Below are positions 23,692 through 36,995 of a stretch of DNA of 38,694 nucleotides, piece after piece. The notes under the pieces are model-generated. The model worked only from the letters and a program-made list of their open reading frames with translations, did not search any database and was not told the origin of the DNA. Source of the DNA: Octopus sinensis (taxonomy: Eukaryota); contig NW_021835862.1 in NCBI RefSeq assembly GCF_006345805.1, forward strand, positions 1-38,694. The letters are read 5' to 3'. Position numbers and translations under genes: made by a program. Every line of letters starts with the position of its first letter. Position 1 is the first letter of the stretch.

Positions 23692-24549
23692 AATCTATCT
23701 GTCTGTCTGTCTGTCTGTCTACACACACTTAGAATGTACATATGTTCCTTCAGAGTACTTGTATACATACACACATATACACACGAACATATACACACGT
23801 TTTTACACGTGCATGTATGTGTGTGAGAAAGAGAGAGAGAATGTATTTGTGTATGTGCGGGATTCTGTCTGTATTCGCTTGTATTAATGAAAATCATAGT
23901 TTATACAATACAAACAGCTTAACTTGTTAACGTCTACTGCTGCTGCTGTCACCGCTATTGAATTTTCTCAAAACTAAATCTTTTGAAGTAGATGCATCAC
24001 AGTGAAAGTAGATTTGAAGCTTGAGAAGATGTTTTTCAGATTGGAGGATCAGATACAGACTAGATTTCAAACTCTTCACTACACTATGCTACTGTTACTT
24101 AGTGTATCAATCCCAGAGTGACGGAATGTTAAGCAAATTTGGCACGATTCGAGTTTAGAGTTGTAAGCAACCTAACGGATCATTAAATATTCAACTACAT
24201 CTATCGCTTTTCTTATGGAACCACCGAATGTTGCGTTATAAAAGGTGGAGGAGAAAAATTAAGAAGGGAAGAAAAACTTACAAAAGCGTAAAATTGGTTT
24301 CCTGTGATTGGGTGGGCACAGAGCCCTGTGATTGGGTGGGCACGAAGCCCTGTTCTCAGTTGAGAAGGAAAATGGGAAGTTTAACGTTCATGCCTTTTCC
24401 AAAGCTTTTGGCGACTTAAGTGACGTGAAATATATTTTCAATTTCGAATCCAAAACTGTGTTGCAGCCTCGAATTACTGGAAGTTCAACTCCGAAGAAAT
24501 GGTAAATAAACTACTCGGTTAAAAATATTTACGATTGATTATTATTATT

Positions 24550-24866
24550 ATTATTTCTCTTTATCACATATTTTGTTGGCGCTTCTGGAGTCTTACATGC
24601 GTAACGGTCTTGAAACCTGCAGCTTACGGTTCCATGCTATCCATTCTTTTTTCAACTAATATTTTCCTGATTATTCTGGCCGTGCCAAAGAGGCAAACTT
24701 TTTGTAACAGTTCTACCGGACACTCTATTCTAATTTCTTTTATTTTCCCCTTGATGCCTTTCGATACTGTTTCCAAGGGCCCAACAATAATTGGCGCTAT
24801 CTTCACCTTCTTCATTTTTCATAGCCGGGTTATTTCGTATTTAAGAGGGTTGTATTCCATCTTGAC
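24550..24866 (-). mobile_element. 3' fragment of an RLE non-LTR retrotransposon (R4/Dong-like)
   Basis: EYNPLKYEITRL..KVKIAPIIVGPLETVSK...LLQKVCLFGTARIIRKIL; (ATT)n at its 3' end. Confidence 0.75.
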
Positions 24867-24947
<81 letters not shown>

Positions 24948-25501
24948 GAGTGAGAGAGAAGTTCATGCCATCAAAGTGACACTGGGGTAAAATATACGAA
25001 GCCCAATATACCCATCATGACTACCAGTCTGATAAGGGTACACCAGGCACATGCATCACAACCATATGTGCGCGACATGGTGATCTCATATCAAGATAAA
25101 CAGCACATGACCTTGCAGGTGGGGCCAAGTTAGAATTTTCTTCTGGTTGAGTAGCCAATCCCGCTCAAAAGGTCCCTGAATAAGGTTTGTTTAAGGATGT
25201 TGAAAGAACCACCCATGTTTCCAGAGGTGAATTATTAAAACCCCAAAGAATCACTCTCAACACATGGCTATGATGCTCCCCCACTACTTCTGCTCATGAT
25301 CAGAGATGCACATATCGTCAGCCACTAAGAGACATGCTCAACTGGTTAAGGTCAAACAACTGACAAGCAAATCTGTGGTATTGAGCATAATATTTGCTGT
25401 AGCCCATCTTTTATACCAAGACAAAACAATGTACATGATAACACTTCCAATCAGTTAAGATCAGAAGCCATGAGAGCCACTACCTGTTACTGAATCAGGG
25501 C

Positions 25502-25503
<2 letters not shown>
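24948..25503. mobile_element. ~556-bp (TAA)n-associated element
   Basis: Full copy matching 811-1367; (ATT)n on both sides. Confidence 0.85.
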
Positions 25504-25577
<74 letters not shown>

Positions 25578-25578
<1 letters not shown>

Positions 25579-26338
25579 GTTCGACTTTCGTTTTGTATTT
25601 GTACGAGTTGGCTCCAAGTCTTACCTAGAGACCTCAAGAAACAAGTTAGAAGTTCAGCCTGGTGTTATGCTTAGGGTGTCATATATTTGGTTTTGTACAT
25701 AGTATTATCCTACAAAATGTTTAAGAAAACATAAGAGAATTGTGAGATTGTTTTAAAATTTGAGATAACATAGACAGTACTTTTCGTAGGATACAGGCAG
25801 TTCCCATGAGCACTATCTTTTAAATTTTTGCCATTTTGGGTTTTCTGGTATCTGAGGTAGGTAGCAATCAGCCCCATTAGCTATCATTCCTAGGGTACCT
25901 ATAACAATAGGTATTGTTTTAGTCTTCAGGTTCCACATTTTGCCAATTTCTATTTCAAGATCTTTATACTTGCTCAGTTTTTGGTAGGTCTTGACAAATA
26001 CAGTTATATCGATTGGGACAGTCATATCAATGAGGAGGCATGGTTTTTGTCTGAAGTCTTTCAATATAATGTCTGACCTATTTGGATCTATCTTTCTGTC
26101 AGTTTGAATGTTGAAGTTCCAGAGGAGTGAGATGTGATCATTTTCAAGTACTGGAGGTGGTTTGTGTTCCTACCAGTTTTTATTATGGGGCAGGTCCAGG
26201 TTTTTGCAAATTACCCAGTGAATATATTGTGCAGCTCTATCATGCCTGTTGAGATACTCTGTAATCGCAAGAAGACTGCACATGGAGGCATGATCAATAG
26301 TTTCATTTTGTTGTTGATATACACGACATGATGGGCAG
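25578..26338 (-). mobile_element. 5'-truncated R4/Dong-like retrotransposon (zinc knuckle plus RLE)
   Basis: CRVYQQQNETIDH, RHDRAAQYIHW, NRSDIILKD, LLIDMTVP, QKLSKYKDL, PIVIGTLG; (ATT)n on both sides. Confidence 0.85.
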
Positions 26339-26351
26339 TTATTATTATTAT

Positions 26352-26716
26352 TTCCTCTGTCTTTACGTTCTGAGTCTAAATTCCGCCGAGGTCGGCTTTA
26401 CCGTTCATCCTTTCGGGGTCGATAAAACAAGTACCAGTTGAACACTGGGGTCGATGTAATCGACTTCACCCATTCGTACAAATTTGCTGGTCTTGTGCTA
26501 AAATCTGAAACTGGAAGGCGACGAGCTGGCAGAATCATTAGCACGCTGGACGAAGTACTTAGCGGTATTTTGCTACATTCAGAGGTCAAATTCCACCGAG
26601 GTCGACTTCATACTTTCGGAGTCGATAAATTAGGTACCAGTGAAATACTGGGGTCGATATAATCGATTAGTTTACTCCAAAAAATTTCAGGCCTTGTGCC
26701 TTTAGTAGAAAGGATT
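26352..26716 (+). mobile_element. Two adjacent SINE family 1 copies
   Basis: Core motif at ~26400 and ~26610; second head GGCGACGAGCTGGCAGAATC at ~26517; (ATT)n tail. Confidence 0.75.
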
Positions 26717-26746
26717 ATATTATTATTATTATTATTATTATTATTC

Positions 26747-27790
26747 TATGTTTGACTTTTGCTTTATGTTTGTACAAGTTGGCTCCAAGTCTCACCCATA
26801 GACCTCAAGAGACAACATGTTGGAAGTTCACGTTGTTGTTATGCCTAGTGTGCCATATATTTGGGTTTTTTTGGTGTTGTACTAGTGAATGTCTAATAAA
26901 TAAATTTAAAAAAAAATTGTTTGTTTTAAACCTTGGGATTACATAGAGAGTATTTTGCGTAGGATATGAGCAGTTCCCATGAGCACTATCTTTTGAATTT
27001 CCGCCATTTTCGGGTTTCCTGGTATCTGAGTTAGGTAGCAATCAGCCCCTTTCGCTATCATTCCCAGGGCACCTATGACAACAGGTATTGTTTTAGTCTT
27101 CAGGTTCCACATTTTGCTGATTTCTATTTCAAGATCTTTATATTTGCTCAGTTTTTGGTAGGTCTTGACAGATACGTTTATATCGATTGAGAAGTCATAT
27201 CAATGAGGATGCATGAATGAGGAGGCATGTTCTTTGTCTGAAGTCTTTCAATATGATGTCTGGCCTATTTGCATCTATCTCTCTGTCAGTTTGAATGTTG
27301 AAGTTCCAGAGGAGTGAAATGTGATCATTTTCAAGCACTGGAGGTGGTTTGTGTTCCCACCAGTTTTTTAAATGGGGCAAATCCAGGTTTTTGCAAATTG
27401 CCCAGTGAATATATTGTGCAGCTCTATCATGCCTGTTGAGATACTCTGTAGGCGCTAGAAGACTGCACATGGAGACAACATGATCAATGGTTTCATTTTG
27501 TTGTCGACATACACGACATGTTGGGCTACTGCCGTTCTTTAATATGTTGGCCTAGAAGTTTCTTGTTGGTAGGCATTGATCTTGAGCTGCTATGATAAAC
27601 CCTTCTGTTTCAGATTTTAAGCCAGAGGCCATTAGCCATTGATGGGTCAGGGCTTTGTCAATATCTGCATTATTCGCTCTCTTTGGGTTTTTGCCATAGA
27701 GAGGTTTTTCTTGTCATTTGTCATTCAGAATATCTAAGGCCGCAGTTTTAGCACGGGTTTTCATGCGCTTAGCTTTTTCTGTGCTTGTTT
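26747..27790 (-). mobile_element. 5'-truncated R4/Dong-like retrotransposon, same subfamily as 25578-26338
   Basis: LKSETEGFIIAAQDQCLPTRN, CRVCRQQNETIDHVVSMC (CCHC), RHD, NRPDIIL, QKLSKYKDL; 3' UTR matches 25578 onward. Confidence 0.88.
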
Positions 27791-27930
27791 CTTCTTCTTC
27801 TTCTTCTTCTTCTTCTTCTTCTTCTCTTCTTCTTCTTCTTCTTCTTCTTCTTCTTCTTCTTCTTCTTTCTCTTCTTCTTCTTCTTCTTCTTCTTCTTCTT
27901 CTTCTTCTTCTTCTTCTTCTTCTTCTTCTT

Positions 27931-27961
<31 letters not shown>

Positions 27962-27963
27962 TT

Positions 27964-28503
27964 GAGTGAGTGAGCAGTGCATACCATCAAAATGACACGG
28001 GTAAAATATACGAAGCCCAGTATACCCATCATGACTACCCGTCTCATAAGGGTACACTAGGCACATGCATCACAACCATATGTGCGCGACATGGTGATCT
28101 CATATCGAGATAAACAGCAGGTGGGATCCAGTTAGAATTTTCTTCTGGTCGAGTAACCCATTCCCGCTGAAAAGGTTTCTGAATAAGGGTTGTTTAAGGA
28201 TGTTGCACAGAACACCCATGTTTCCAGAAGTGAATTATTCAAACCCCAAAGAATCACTCTCAACACACGGCTATGCTGCTTCCCCACTACTTCTGCTCGT
28301 GATCAGAGATGCACATATCGTCAGCCACTAAGGGACATGCTCAACTGGTTAAGGTCAAACAACTGACAAGCAAATCTGTGGTATCGAGCAGAATATTTGC
28401 TGTAGCTCATCTTTTATACCAAGACAAAACAATGTACATGATAACGCTTCAAATCAGTTAAGATCAGAAGCCACGAGAGCCACTACCTGGAACTGCATCA
28501 GGG

Positions 28504-28506
<3 letters not shown>
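27964..28506. mobile_element. ~556-bp (TAA)n-associated element
   Basis: Matches 811-1367 with a small internal deletion; left flank (CTT)n, right flank (ATT)n. Confidence 0.85.
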
Positions 28507-28541
<35 letters not shown>

Positions 28542-28563
28542 TATTATTATTATTATTATTATA

Positions 28564-28594
<31 letters not shown>

Positions 28595-28605
28595 TATTAT
28601 TTTTA

Positions 28606-28670
<65 letters not shown>

Positions 28671-28698
28671 GTTGTTGTTGTTATTGTTATTATTATTC

Positions 28699-28734
<36 letters not shown>

Positions 28735-28748
28735 TATTATTGTTGTTG

Positions 28749-28801
<53 letters not shown>

Positions 28802-28823
28802 GTTGTTGTTGTTATTATTATTA

Positions 28824-28866
<43 letters not shown>

Positions 28867-29490
28867 GTTTGGCATTTTCTCTATCTTTAAGTTCTGAGTC
28901 CAAATTCCGTCGAGGCCGATTTTGCTTTCCATCATTTCGGAGTCGATAAAATAAGTACCAGTTGAGCACTAGGAGTGGATATAATCGGCTTACTCCCCGT
29001 GATTGCTGGCCTTGTACCAAAATTTTAAATCATTATTATTATTCTAATTATTGTGGAGGCGAGTCGTTTAGTGTTAAAGGTGTTGGATTTACGATTGTAA
29101 GTTTGTGGTTTCGATTCCTTGATGGGACTATGCTTTGTGTTTTTGAGCAAAACACTTTATTTACTGTTGCTTCAATCCACTCAGCTGGCAAAAATGAGTC
29201 ATCCTGTAAATGACCAGCGCCCTGTCCCATGGGGAAAACATATATCACAGAATTCGCTGACAGGCCTTATGAACCTACAACTCGAGATCTTTAAGGCGGC
29301 GAGCTGACAGAATCGTTAGCTCGCTGGGTAAAGCTCTTGGCGGCCTTTAATCCATCTTTACATTCTTACTTCAAATTCTGGCGCGGTCGACATTGCATTC
29401 GATAAATTAAGTACCAGTCGAACACTGGCGGTCGATCAAATTGATTTACACCTCCCACCAAATTTCAGACTTGTGCCTACAGTAGAAAAG

Positions 29491-29545
<55 letters not shown>

Positions 29546-29553
29546 TATTATTG

Positions 29554-29637
<84 letters not shown>

Positions 29638-29645
29638 TATTATTA

Positions 29646-29676
<31 letters not shown>

Positions 29677-29692
29677 GTTGTTGTTGTTATTG

Positions 29693-29728
<36 letters not shown>

Positions 29729-30392
29729 TTATTTATTATTATTATTATTATTCTTATTATTATTATTATTGTTGGCATTTTCTCTATCTTTAAGTTCTGA
29801 GTCCAAATTCCGTCGAGGCGATTTTGCTTTCCATCATTTCGGAGTCGATAAAATAAGTACCAGTTGAGCACTAGGAGTGGATATAATCGGCTTACTCCCC
29901 GTGATTGCTGGCCTTGTACCAAAATTTTAAATCATTATTATTATTCTAATTATTGTGGAGGCGAGTCGTTTAGTGTTAAAGGTGTTGGATTTACGATTGT
30001 AAGTTTGTGGTTTCGATTCCTTGATGGGACTATGCTTTGTGTTTTTGAGCAAAACACTTTATTTACTGTTGCTTCAATCCACTCAGCTGGCAAAAATGAG
30101 TCATCCTGTAAATGACCAGCGCCCTGTCCCATGGGGAAAACATATATCACAGAATTCGCTGACAGGCCTTATGAACCTACAACTCGAGATCTTTAAGGCG
30201 GCGAGCTGACATAATCGTTAGCTCGCTGGGTAAAGCTCTTGGCGGCCTTTAATCCATCTTTACATTCTTACTTCAAATTCTGGCGCGGTCGACATTGCAT
30301 TCGATAAATTAAGTACCAGTCGAACACTGGCGGTCGATCAAATTGATTTACACCTCCCACCAAATTTCAGACTTGTGCCTACAGTAGAAAAG
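28867..30392 (+). repeat. Tandem duplication (period ~902 bp) of a three-SINE composite separated by (ATT)n
   Basis: 28867-29490 and 29771-30392 are nearly identical; the ORF track gives identical translations offset by 902. Confidence 0.92.
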
Positions 30393-30417
30393 ATTATTAT
30401 TATTATTATTATTATTA

Positions 30418-30466
<49 letters not shown>

Positions 30467-30547
30467 TGCTGTATATTTGCTGTAGCCCATCTATTATATC
30501 AACACAAAACAATGAACATGATGGTGATGATAATAATTATTATTATT

Positions 30548-30852
30548 TACTTTTAATTTGCGTGGTTGTTATAATCACTCGCGGAGACACATCCGACGTC
30601 CTAGGGTGAGTGAAGGATAAGAGGTATACAATATGACAGCAAGCTTAAGGAGGACAAGTGGGAGGGGCAGTAACGAAATATCTTCATGTAACACAACACA
30701 TACATTTAAATCGATAGTATTTCTCTAATGATATGGGCAATATTTATCAGCACAATCTTTTGGATTTCTCTGAGATATGGTTCTCCTGGGATATTATCTA
30801 GATGTTTCTAACATCCTTTTCTTATCATACCTAGGGTACCCATAATAACAGG
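30548..30852 (-). mobile_element. Short 3' fragment of an RLE non-LTR retrotransposon
   Basis: PVIMGTLGMIRKG..HLDNIPGEPYLREIQKIVL; (ATT)n at its 3' end. Confidence 0.65.
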
Positions 30853-31035
30853 AGCTGGCAGAATCGTTAGCTCGCTCGGCGAAATTCTTTGCGGTATTTC
30901 GTCCGTGTTTACGTTCTGAGTTCAAATTCCGGCTTTGCCTTTCCTCCTTTCGGGATCGATAAACTAAATACTAGTGAAATACTGGGATTGATGTAATCGA
31001 CTAGTCCCCTCCCGCCAAATTTCGAGTCTTGTATC
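30851..31035 (+). mobile_element. SINE family 1
   Basis: GAGCTGGCAGAATCGTTAGC head, GAGTTCAAATTCC, core motif. Confidence 0.75.
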
Positions 31036-31984
31036 CTATTTTAATTAATCCACGGTACACCTCAACCTTTCTCACTGTGCACCATTTCAGAATCACCGCG
31101 GCAAGGTGTAATTGCTGGGTGGTTTGAGCTGTTATTTCTAGCTGGTCGAGTGAATAATAATGACTCCCTCATTGACTCACTTTGATAGAATTTCGTTCAA
31201 ATACTTCAATAATATTTGAATGAAATATTGAAATGCCAGAGAACGCAATGTAATTTCTGCCGTCATATGAGTTAGAAATCATGTCTCAAATCAATCGGAA
31301 TTTTACAATAATGTGAGTTTGAACGTGCAATATTATCTCGTTTATTTAAGTAGTATGAGATTATCAGTCAGGGATGCTGATTTTTTGCTGGATTATTTTC
31401 TGAGGTGATATGGATTACACCGGATTAAGTGTTGTTCAGACTGATAAGAGGATTATTTATTATTGATATTAATTGCATGGGGTTATCGTTATGTACGATT
31501 AACTGTAGTTAACACTCATTCTCTGATGTTTCATATCAAATATTAATAAAAACTCTGCTCGTAGAATTCAGCCTGTTACAGAAAGAATACGTTAGAGTAG
31601 CCAATGCGAGGATGGTCGATTGGCAGAATCGGTAGGGCTTCGAGAACATGCCTTACGCTATTTGTGTGGTTCTTCGTGTTTTGAGTTCAAACCTTTACGA
31701 GGTCAACTTTGAAGTTTATTCTTCCGACATCGTAAATTTAGGCTCCAGTTAAGTGTAAGGGATGAATTATCTCTTTTTCCTCTCAAAATCGGTTGCACTT
31801 TGAGAAGGGCGTGTAGAATCATTATTCACAATGCATATTTGCTTCAAGCCAACTACGCTCTTACTATTGCAGTAGAAGAATATGATCACTGAAGTTTTGA
31901 TGAGGATGATGAGTCCAGATAAGATCTTGAACCTAGCAGTAGGGTGCGATTTAAAGGAGGTTCGGTTGGTATTTCTAACCAGTC

Positions 31985-32110
31985 AAGTCGACTTTATCTT
32001 TCATCTTTTCGGAGTCGATAAAATAAGTACCATTTGAGTACTGGGGTCGATGTAATCGACTTAACCTCTGCTCTGAAATCACTGGTCATATACCAAAATT
32101 TTAAACCAGT
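31985..32110 (+). mobile_element. SINE family 1, core and 3' part
   Basis: CTTTCATCTTTTCGGAGTCGATAAAATAAGTACC...GGGGTCGATGTAATCGAC. Confidence 0.7.
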
Positions 32111-32642
32111 TAATGAAGGCGATTTAATCGGTTCTGCACTCTGACCCTCAGTGATTGGTCTCGTCCATTGTTAAGAATTAATATATAGTGAAAGTTGCAC
32201 ATACATTGCTAGCATTGAAGCTATATTGTAAACACACGTTCTGTGTTTGCAAGGTAACTTCGATTCCTTTTTAATCCAGTGTAGTTAATTCACACCTCCA
32301 ACCGTTCGTTTCTTCTGTTGACTCTTTAGAATGCTCCCACGTACCAGATCGAAGATTTGGTGTCACAATAGTTAATATAGAAGAACGATAGAAGCGGTAG
32401 AAAGATAGAGGAAATGCATTTTGCGTTATGTCTCTTTGGTGCTCCAACATGGCCGCAGTCCTACAACTGAAACTTCTACAAAAAATAAAAGGAAAGAATA
32501 AAGAGAATATATCTCATCGGGATCAGCTTCGTCTTTCATCCCCTTAAGCTTAACCAGAAAAAAAGGGCATGAGTAATACATATCTGGGTCGAGTTCCACC
32601 GGTTATATTCAGACAAAATAAATGTGCTCTTTGTGTTAGTTT

Positions 32643-32674
<32 letters not shown>

Positions 32675-33175
32675 TACGTAAATATATTACCAAGAACGGC
32701 AAGTGCTGCGGAACGCAGTAAACCGAGACCGCATGTCTTGTTTCAATTCTTGAGTCATCGATGCTAATTTACTTTTCTTACTCAATTACGGTTACTGAGA
32801 GAAGCATGAAAACTTATTATTCGTCGCATATCCAAAGTTATGATTTGCGTTTGACAAAAGAACCGTTCAGTTCACTATTAGAAACAACATCCGCCGGGCA
32901 ATGTCTCCTAACCTTTCTTTCACACACACACAACCAATTTACACACAAATTTACAAACATATTTGTGAGCGTGTATGTCATTATTCGGTTGTATTTCAAG
33001 ATTTGCTAAAAGAGAAGGCGCGAAAAGAGAAGGCGCTAACCAAGACTCAAATTTCCTTCAATGGAACTTCAACAACATCAACGGGATATGTACGTACGTA
33101 CGTACGTATGTATGTATGTATGTATGTATGTATGTATGTATGTATGTATGTATGTATGTATGTTGTATGTATGTA

Positions 33176-33685
33176 TACGTGCAGATTTGTATGCCTTGCT
33201 TTATATATGTATTCTCATGCATATAGTTACATATCTAGACATGCTCGTATATATTTAAATGATAAACTTCTGGAAAGTTTTACAGATTTTTACAGTTCCA
33301 GTGATGGCTTGGATCTGTAGTTTTCGAATCAGCTTTCTCCTTTCTGGTTTTGAGAAGCCTAATTTCTCAAGATTGGTATTTAGGCAGTGTGTTACATATT
33401 TCAGTGCCCCAATAATTACGGGTATAAACCTGAAGTTGTAATCTGGATAAAGTAGCTTTAGATTCCTCAATAGTTCAATGTAGGTATTTTATTTTCCGCT
33501 GATCTTTAGCTTTATGTTAACATCCGCTGGGCAGCTAATTTCCGCAACCTGTACACAGTTTCTCTTCTCTATCCCAAATTATTATGCTAGGTCTATTGTG
33601 TCTACATTTCATTGAGATCTTCACTGGGACATTCCGCCAGTATTCCTTTTTATTATGTTATTTTTCTAACATACTGTACTTTTCT
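33176..33685 (-). mobile_element. 3' fragment of a distinct RLE non-LTR retrotransposon inside (TGTA)n
   Basis: CRHNRPSIIIWDREEK...FIPVIIGALKY...LQIQAITGTVKICKTF; (ATGT)n tracts on both flanks. Confidence 0.7.
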
Positions 33686-34584
33686 ATGTATGTATGTATG
33701 TATGTATGTATGTATGTATGTATGTATGTACGTACGTATGTATGTCTGCATGTATGTATGTATGTATGTCATAGGTATGACATTAAACTCTAGTTTTGGA
33801 GTTGTGGAGTTGTGGCTAGCGTTGAATAACCCCTTATTTATCATCAGTCCCAGATACATTCTGACCCGAGACGGTAGTACCTGTAAGGTTTCCATCTATG
33901 GGTTAAATAGATTTCCAAAGGGTAGAGAAGGCTCCTGTTATTTTTGACAAAGCCGTGGAAAAGGCAGCTTTTCTAGGAGAAAGACATTCTAACAAAACTT
34001 GCAGTCAAAATAGTACCAGTTATCTTGCAATGCTTGTCACTGTAACCTACTATAGTGACCGAGAGTTTGGAAAAAGTTTTGTACAAACTTATGTCACTTG
34101 AATCCAATGACATACAGATATCTCGCTATTCATTTCAAGCTGAATGTGAGACAGCTATCATCTGGCAAGATGAAGCTATCATCATGTATGTACATATCTA
34201 TCATCTTGTCTTTTTGAATAGATTTAGGACTACACTGTGCAGTATATTCTTGTTAATTTAAAACAGTAGTGTGAGTTGAGTGAAATTTGACTGCTCTTTG
34301 CTGTAAACTTAGTAAACTTAGTTGTTGTTGTAGTTAATTAACTCTAGATCAGATTCAATTGAATAAACTCATGAAATCTGGTGCAGTTGCGATCATTCTA
34401 TGTTTTTGTGTATTAGGCACCAGGTGTCCAATTTATTCCTTTGACAGTAGGGTGTGGTTTGAGGCTGATTTGAAGGTACGGTTTAAGGGATATATTTCAA
34501 GCAGGGTGAGCGACTATGTAAAAACTCCAATTTTAAATACCAACATCACCTGACATATTAACGTTACCTTACGGGTGGGAAAAT

Positions 34585-35010
34585 GTTGGTTTCAAATTTT
34601 GGTACAAGGACAACAGTTTGAGTCCATGCAATCAACTTATTACTTATTATATCGACCCCGAATGATGGAAGAAAAAGTCGACCCCGGTGGAATTAGAATT
34701 CAGAACGCAAAAGCTGAAGAAATGCCGCCAAGCATTTTGATCCGTGTGTTAACGATTCCGCCTGCTCACCGCCTTAACGTAAAAAATTTTGGTTTAAAAT
34801 TTTGGTACAAAGACAGCAATTTCGGGGCTGAGGATAAGTCGCTTACACTGAGCCCAAAGCTCAACTGCTACTTATTTTATCGACCCAGAGAGGAATGAAA
34901 GGCAAAGTTGATCTCGGCGGAATTTGAACTCAGAACGTAAAGACGGACGAAATGTTGCTAAGCAGCATTTTTCCTGGCATTTTAACGATTCTACCTTCTC
35001 GTCGCCTTAA
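34585..35010 (-). mobile_element. Two tandem SINE family 1 copies
   Basis: TACTTATT.TATCGACCC core twice; reverse-complement heads end at ~34775 and ~35010. Confidence 0.72.
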
Positions 35011-35294
35011 ACATGTAGAAAATATTGTTAGACAGCTATATAGCAGGCATTCAAGACAATACTCTCGTGTACCAGAAAATAACTCCTACACGTTACATTT
35101 CATTCTTTCAGCGATGACTGGTATAAAAGGCAATGTGAATTGATTCTATTTGAACATTTTAGAAAGGTGTTTGGTGTAAGGACATTGGGAAAAATGATTA
35201 CCCAGTGAGGATAAGATATGTTGTGAGAAGAAAGGATAGCGGTGTTTCGGTTACATACATAATTATACTTCCATTAGCTTCAGTAATGATAACG

Positions 35295-35510
35295 GTCCTT
35301 GATACAGGCACAAGGGCAGCACTTCCGAGAGGAAGGGTAAGTCGATAGCATCGATCATCGTACTTGATTGGTACTTTATTTTATCGACCCTGAAAGTCAA
35401 ACTTAATTACGGCAGAATTTAAAATCAGAATGTCGGAGTTTAAAATCAGAAGTCGGAAGAAATGCCGCAAAGTATTTTTCGATGCTCTAACGATTCTGCC
35501 GGTTCACCAC
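35295..35510 (-). mobile_element. SINE family 1, diverged
   Basis: AGGCACAAGG..GGTACTTTATTTTATCGACCC..CTAACGATTCTGCC. Confidence 0.65.
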
Positions 35511-35751
35511 ATTTTGTTCCGTTATAATAATATTATAGTATCAATGCATGGCTCATAAAGTATATGAATCACTATAAGAATTTTAAAATACAGGCACACT
35601 TCACCTTACTTCGGTCATTGGTTCCAAGATACAACTTAAGTCGAAAAACGATGTAACACAGTAAAACACTTTTAAAACTTTATCACATTATATCGGTTTT
35701 AATAAATGGTTTCTGCATGCTTTCACATGTATTTTATGTGATACATCATAT

Positions 35752-36070
35752 GAAGGCACATAGTTAAATAATAATGGTATTCGCGCTCAAGATCATGAGT
35801 TCGATTTCTAGCAGCGCGTTATGTCCTTGAGCAAGAAGCTTTTTTTTTTTTTTTTCAAGTTGCTCCAGTTCGCTCAGCTGGCAAAAATGAGTTGAATCTG
35901 TAATTCAAAGAGCAGCCAGCCTTGTCACGCTGAATCTCTCTGGGAACTACGTTAAACTACACGTGTTTATGAAGTGGTCAGTTATTTGCACGTTAATTTC
36001 ACAAGCAGGCTGTTTCGTTGATCAGATCAACTGCAGCCCTTGGCATCGCAACTGACGAAGAAAGAGCCAG
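35752..36070 (+). mobile_element. SINE family 3 (tRNA-like head)
   Basis: GAGTTCGATT B box, GTCCTTGAGCAAG, CTCAGCTGGCAAAAATGAGT shared with 29055-29200. Confidence 0.6.
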
Positions 36071-36515
36071 TTAGTTACTTTACTCTTCAGCGGAAGAATA
36101 GTTCTTAGGTGTGCTTTTAATTTAATATGTTCACTGATATCGACGTAAATCAACTGAAGATGAAGCTTATAATTTCCATTAATTTCTTTAAAACAAGACC
36201 CATGTAGAGTCGAAAAAGACGTATTACGAAAAAGACGTATACCTGAGGTATACCTGTATATTTGTTTTAGATACTTTATAATGTGATTACAAACAACGAT
36301 GAAAACAACAGGGTATCAGACATCATGGTGCATTACAGTAATGAAAATCACATATGTTGTTTTAAGTTCAAATTACGCGGGTATCAAACTTTGCTCTTCA
36401 ACCTTTTTGTAGTTGAAGAAATATGCGACACCTCAATAGTGAAGTGGATTTGGCCAATTATATCGCTGCCCATTGAATGATTGACTATATGTCTAAGTGA
36501 AGGATAATATTTTAT

Positions 36516-36629
36516 CTCTTCTTCTTCTTCTTCTTCTTCTTCTTCTTCTTCTTCTTCTTCTTCTTCTTCTTCTTCTTCTTCTTCTTCTTCTTCTTCTTCT
36601 TCTTCTTCTTCTTCTTCTCTCTCTCTATT

Positions 36630-36673
<44 letters not shown>

Positions 36674-36738
36674 GAATACATATACATACATGCATGCATA
36701 CATACATGTATACATACATACATACATACAAACATACA

Positions 36739-36769
<31 letters not shown>

Positions 36770-36877
36770 GTACACATACGCACACGTACACATTCTCACA
36801 TATATATGTATACATGCATATATGTACATACACACATACATATATTCTTTTGTTTCATATTTTTGCTGTATACATTA

Positions 36878-36908
<31 letters not shown>

Positions 36909-36995
36909 GCATCTGTGTATGCATGCATGTATGTATGTATGTATGTATGTATGTATGTATGTATGTATGTATGTATGTATGTATGTATGTATATG
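36516..36995. repeat. Compound (CTT)n/(CT)n/(TCTA)n/(TACA)n/(TA)n/(TATG)n microsatellite
   Basis: Directly visible. Confidence 0.95.

Noticed and set aside
34056-34185. Candidate coding exon (TAG acceptor, GTATGT donor; TESLEKVLYKLMSLESND...)
   Set aside because: Weak polypyrimidine tract, no recognisable homology, and phase incompatible with the open frame at 36271; needs RNA-seq
36271-36480. Candidate terminal exon after TTTGTTTTAG
   Set aside because: No recognisable domain or supporting upstream exon
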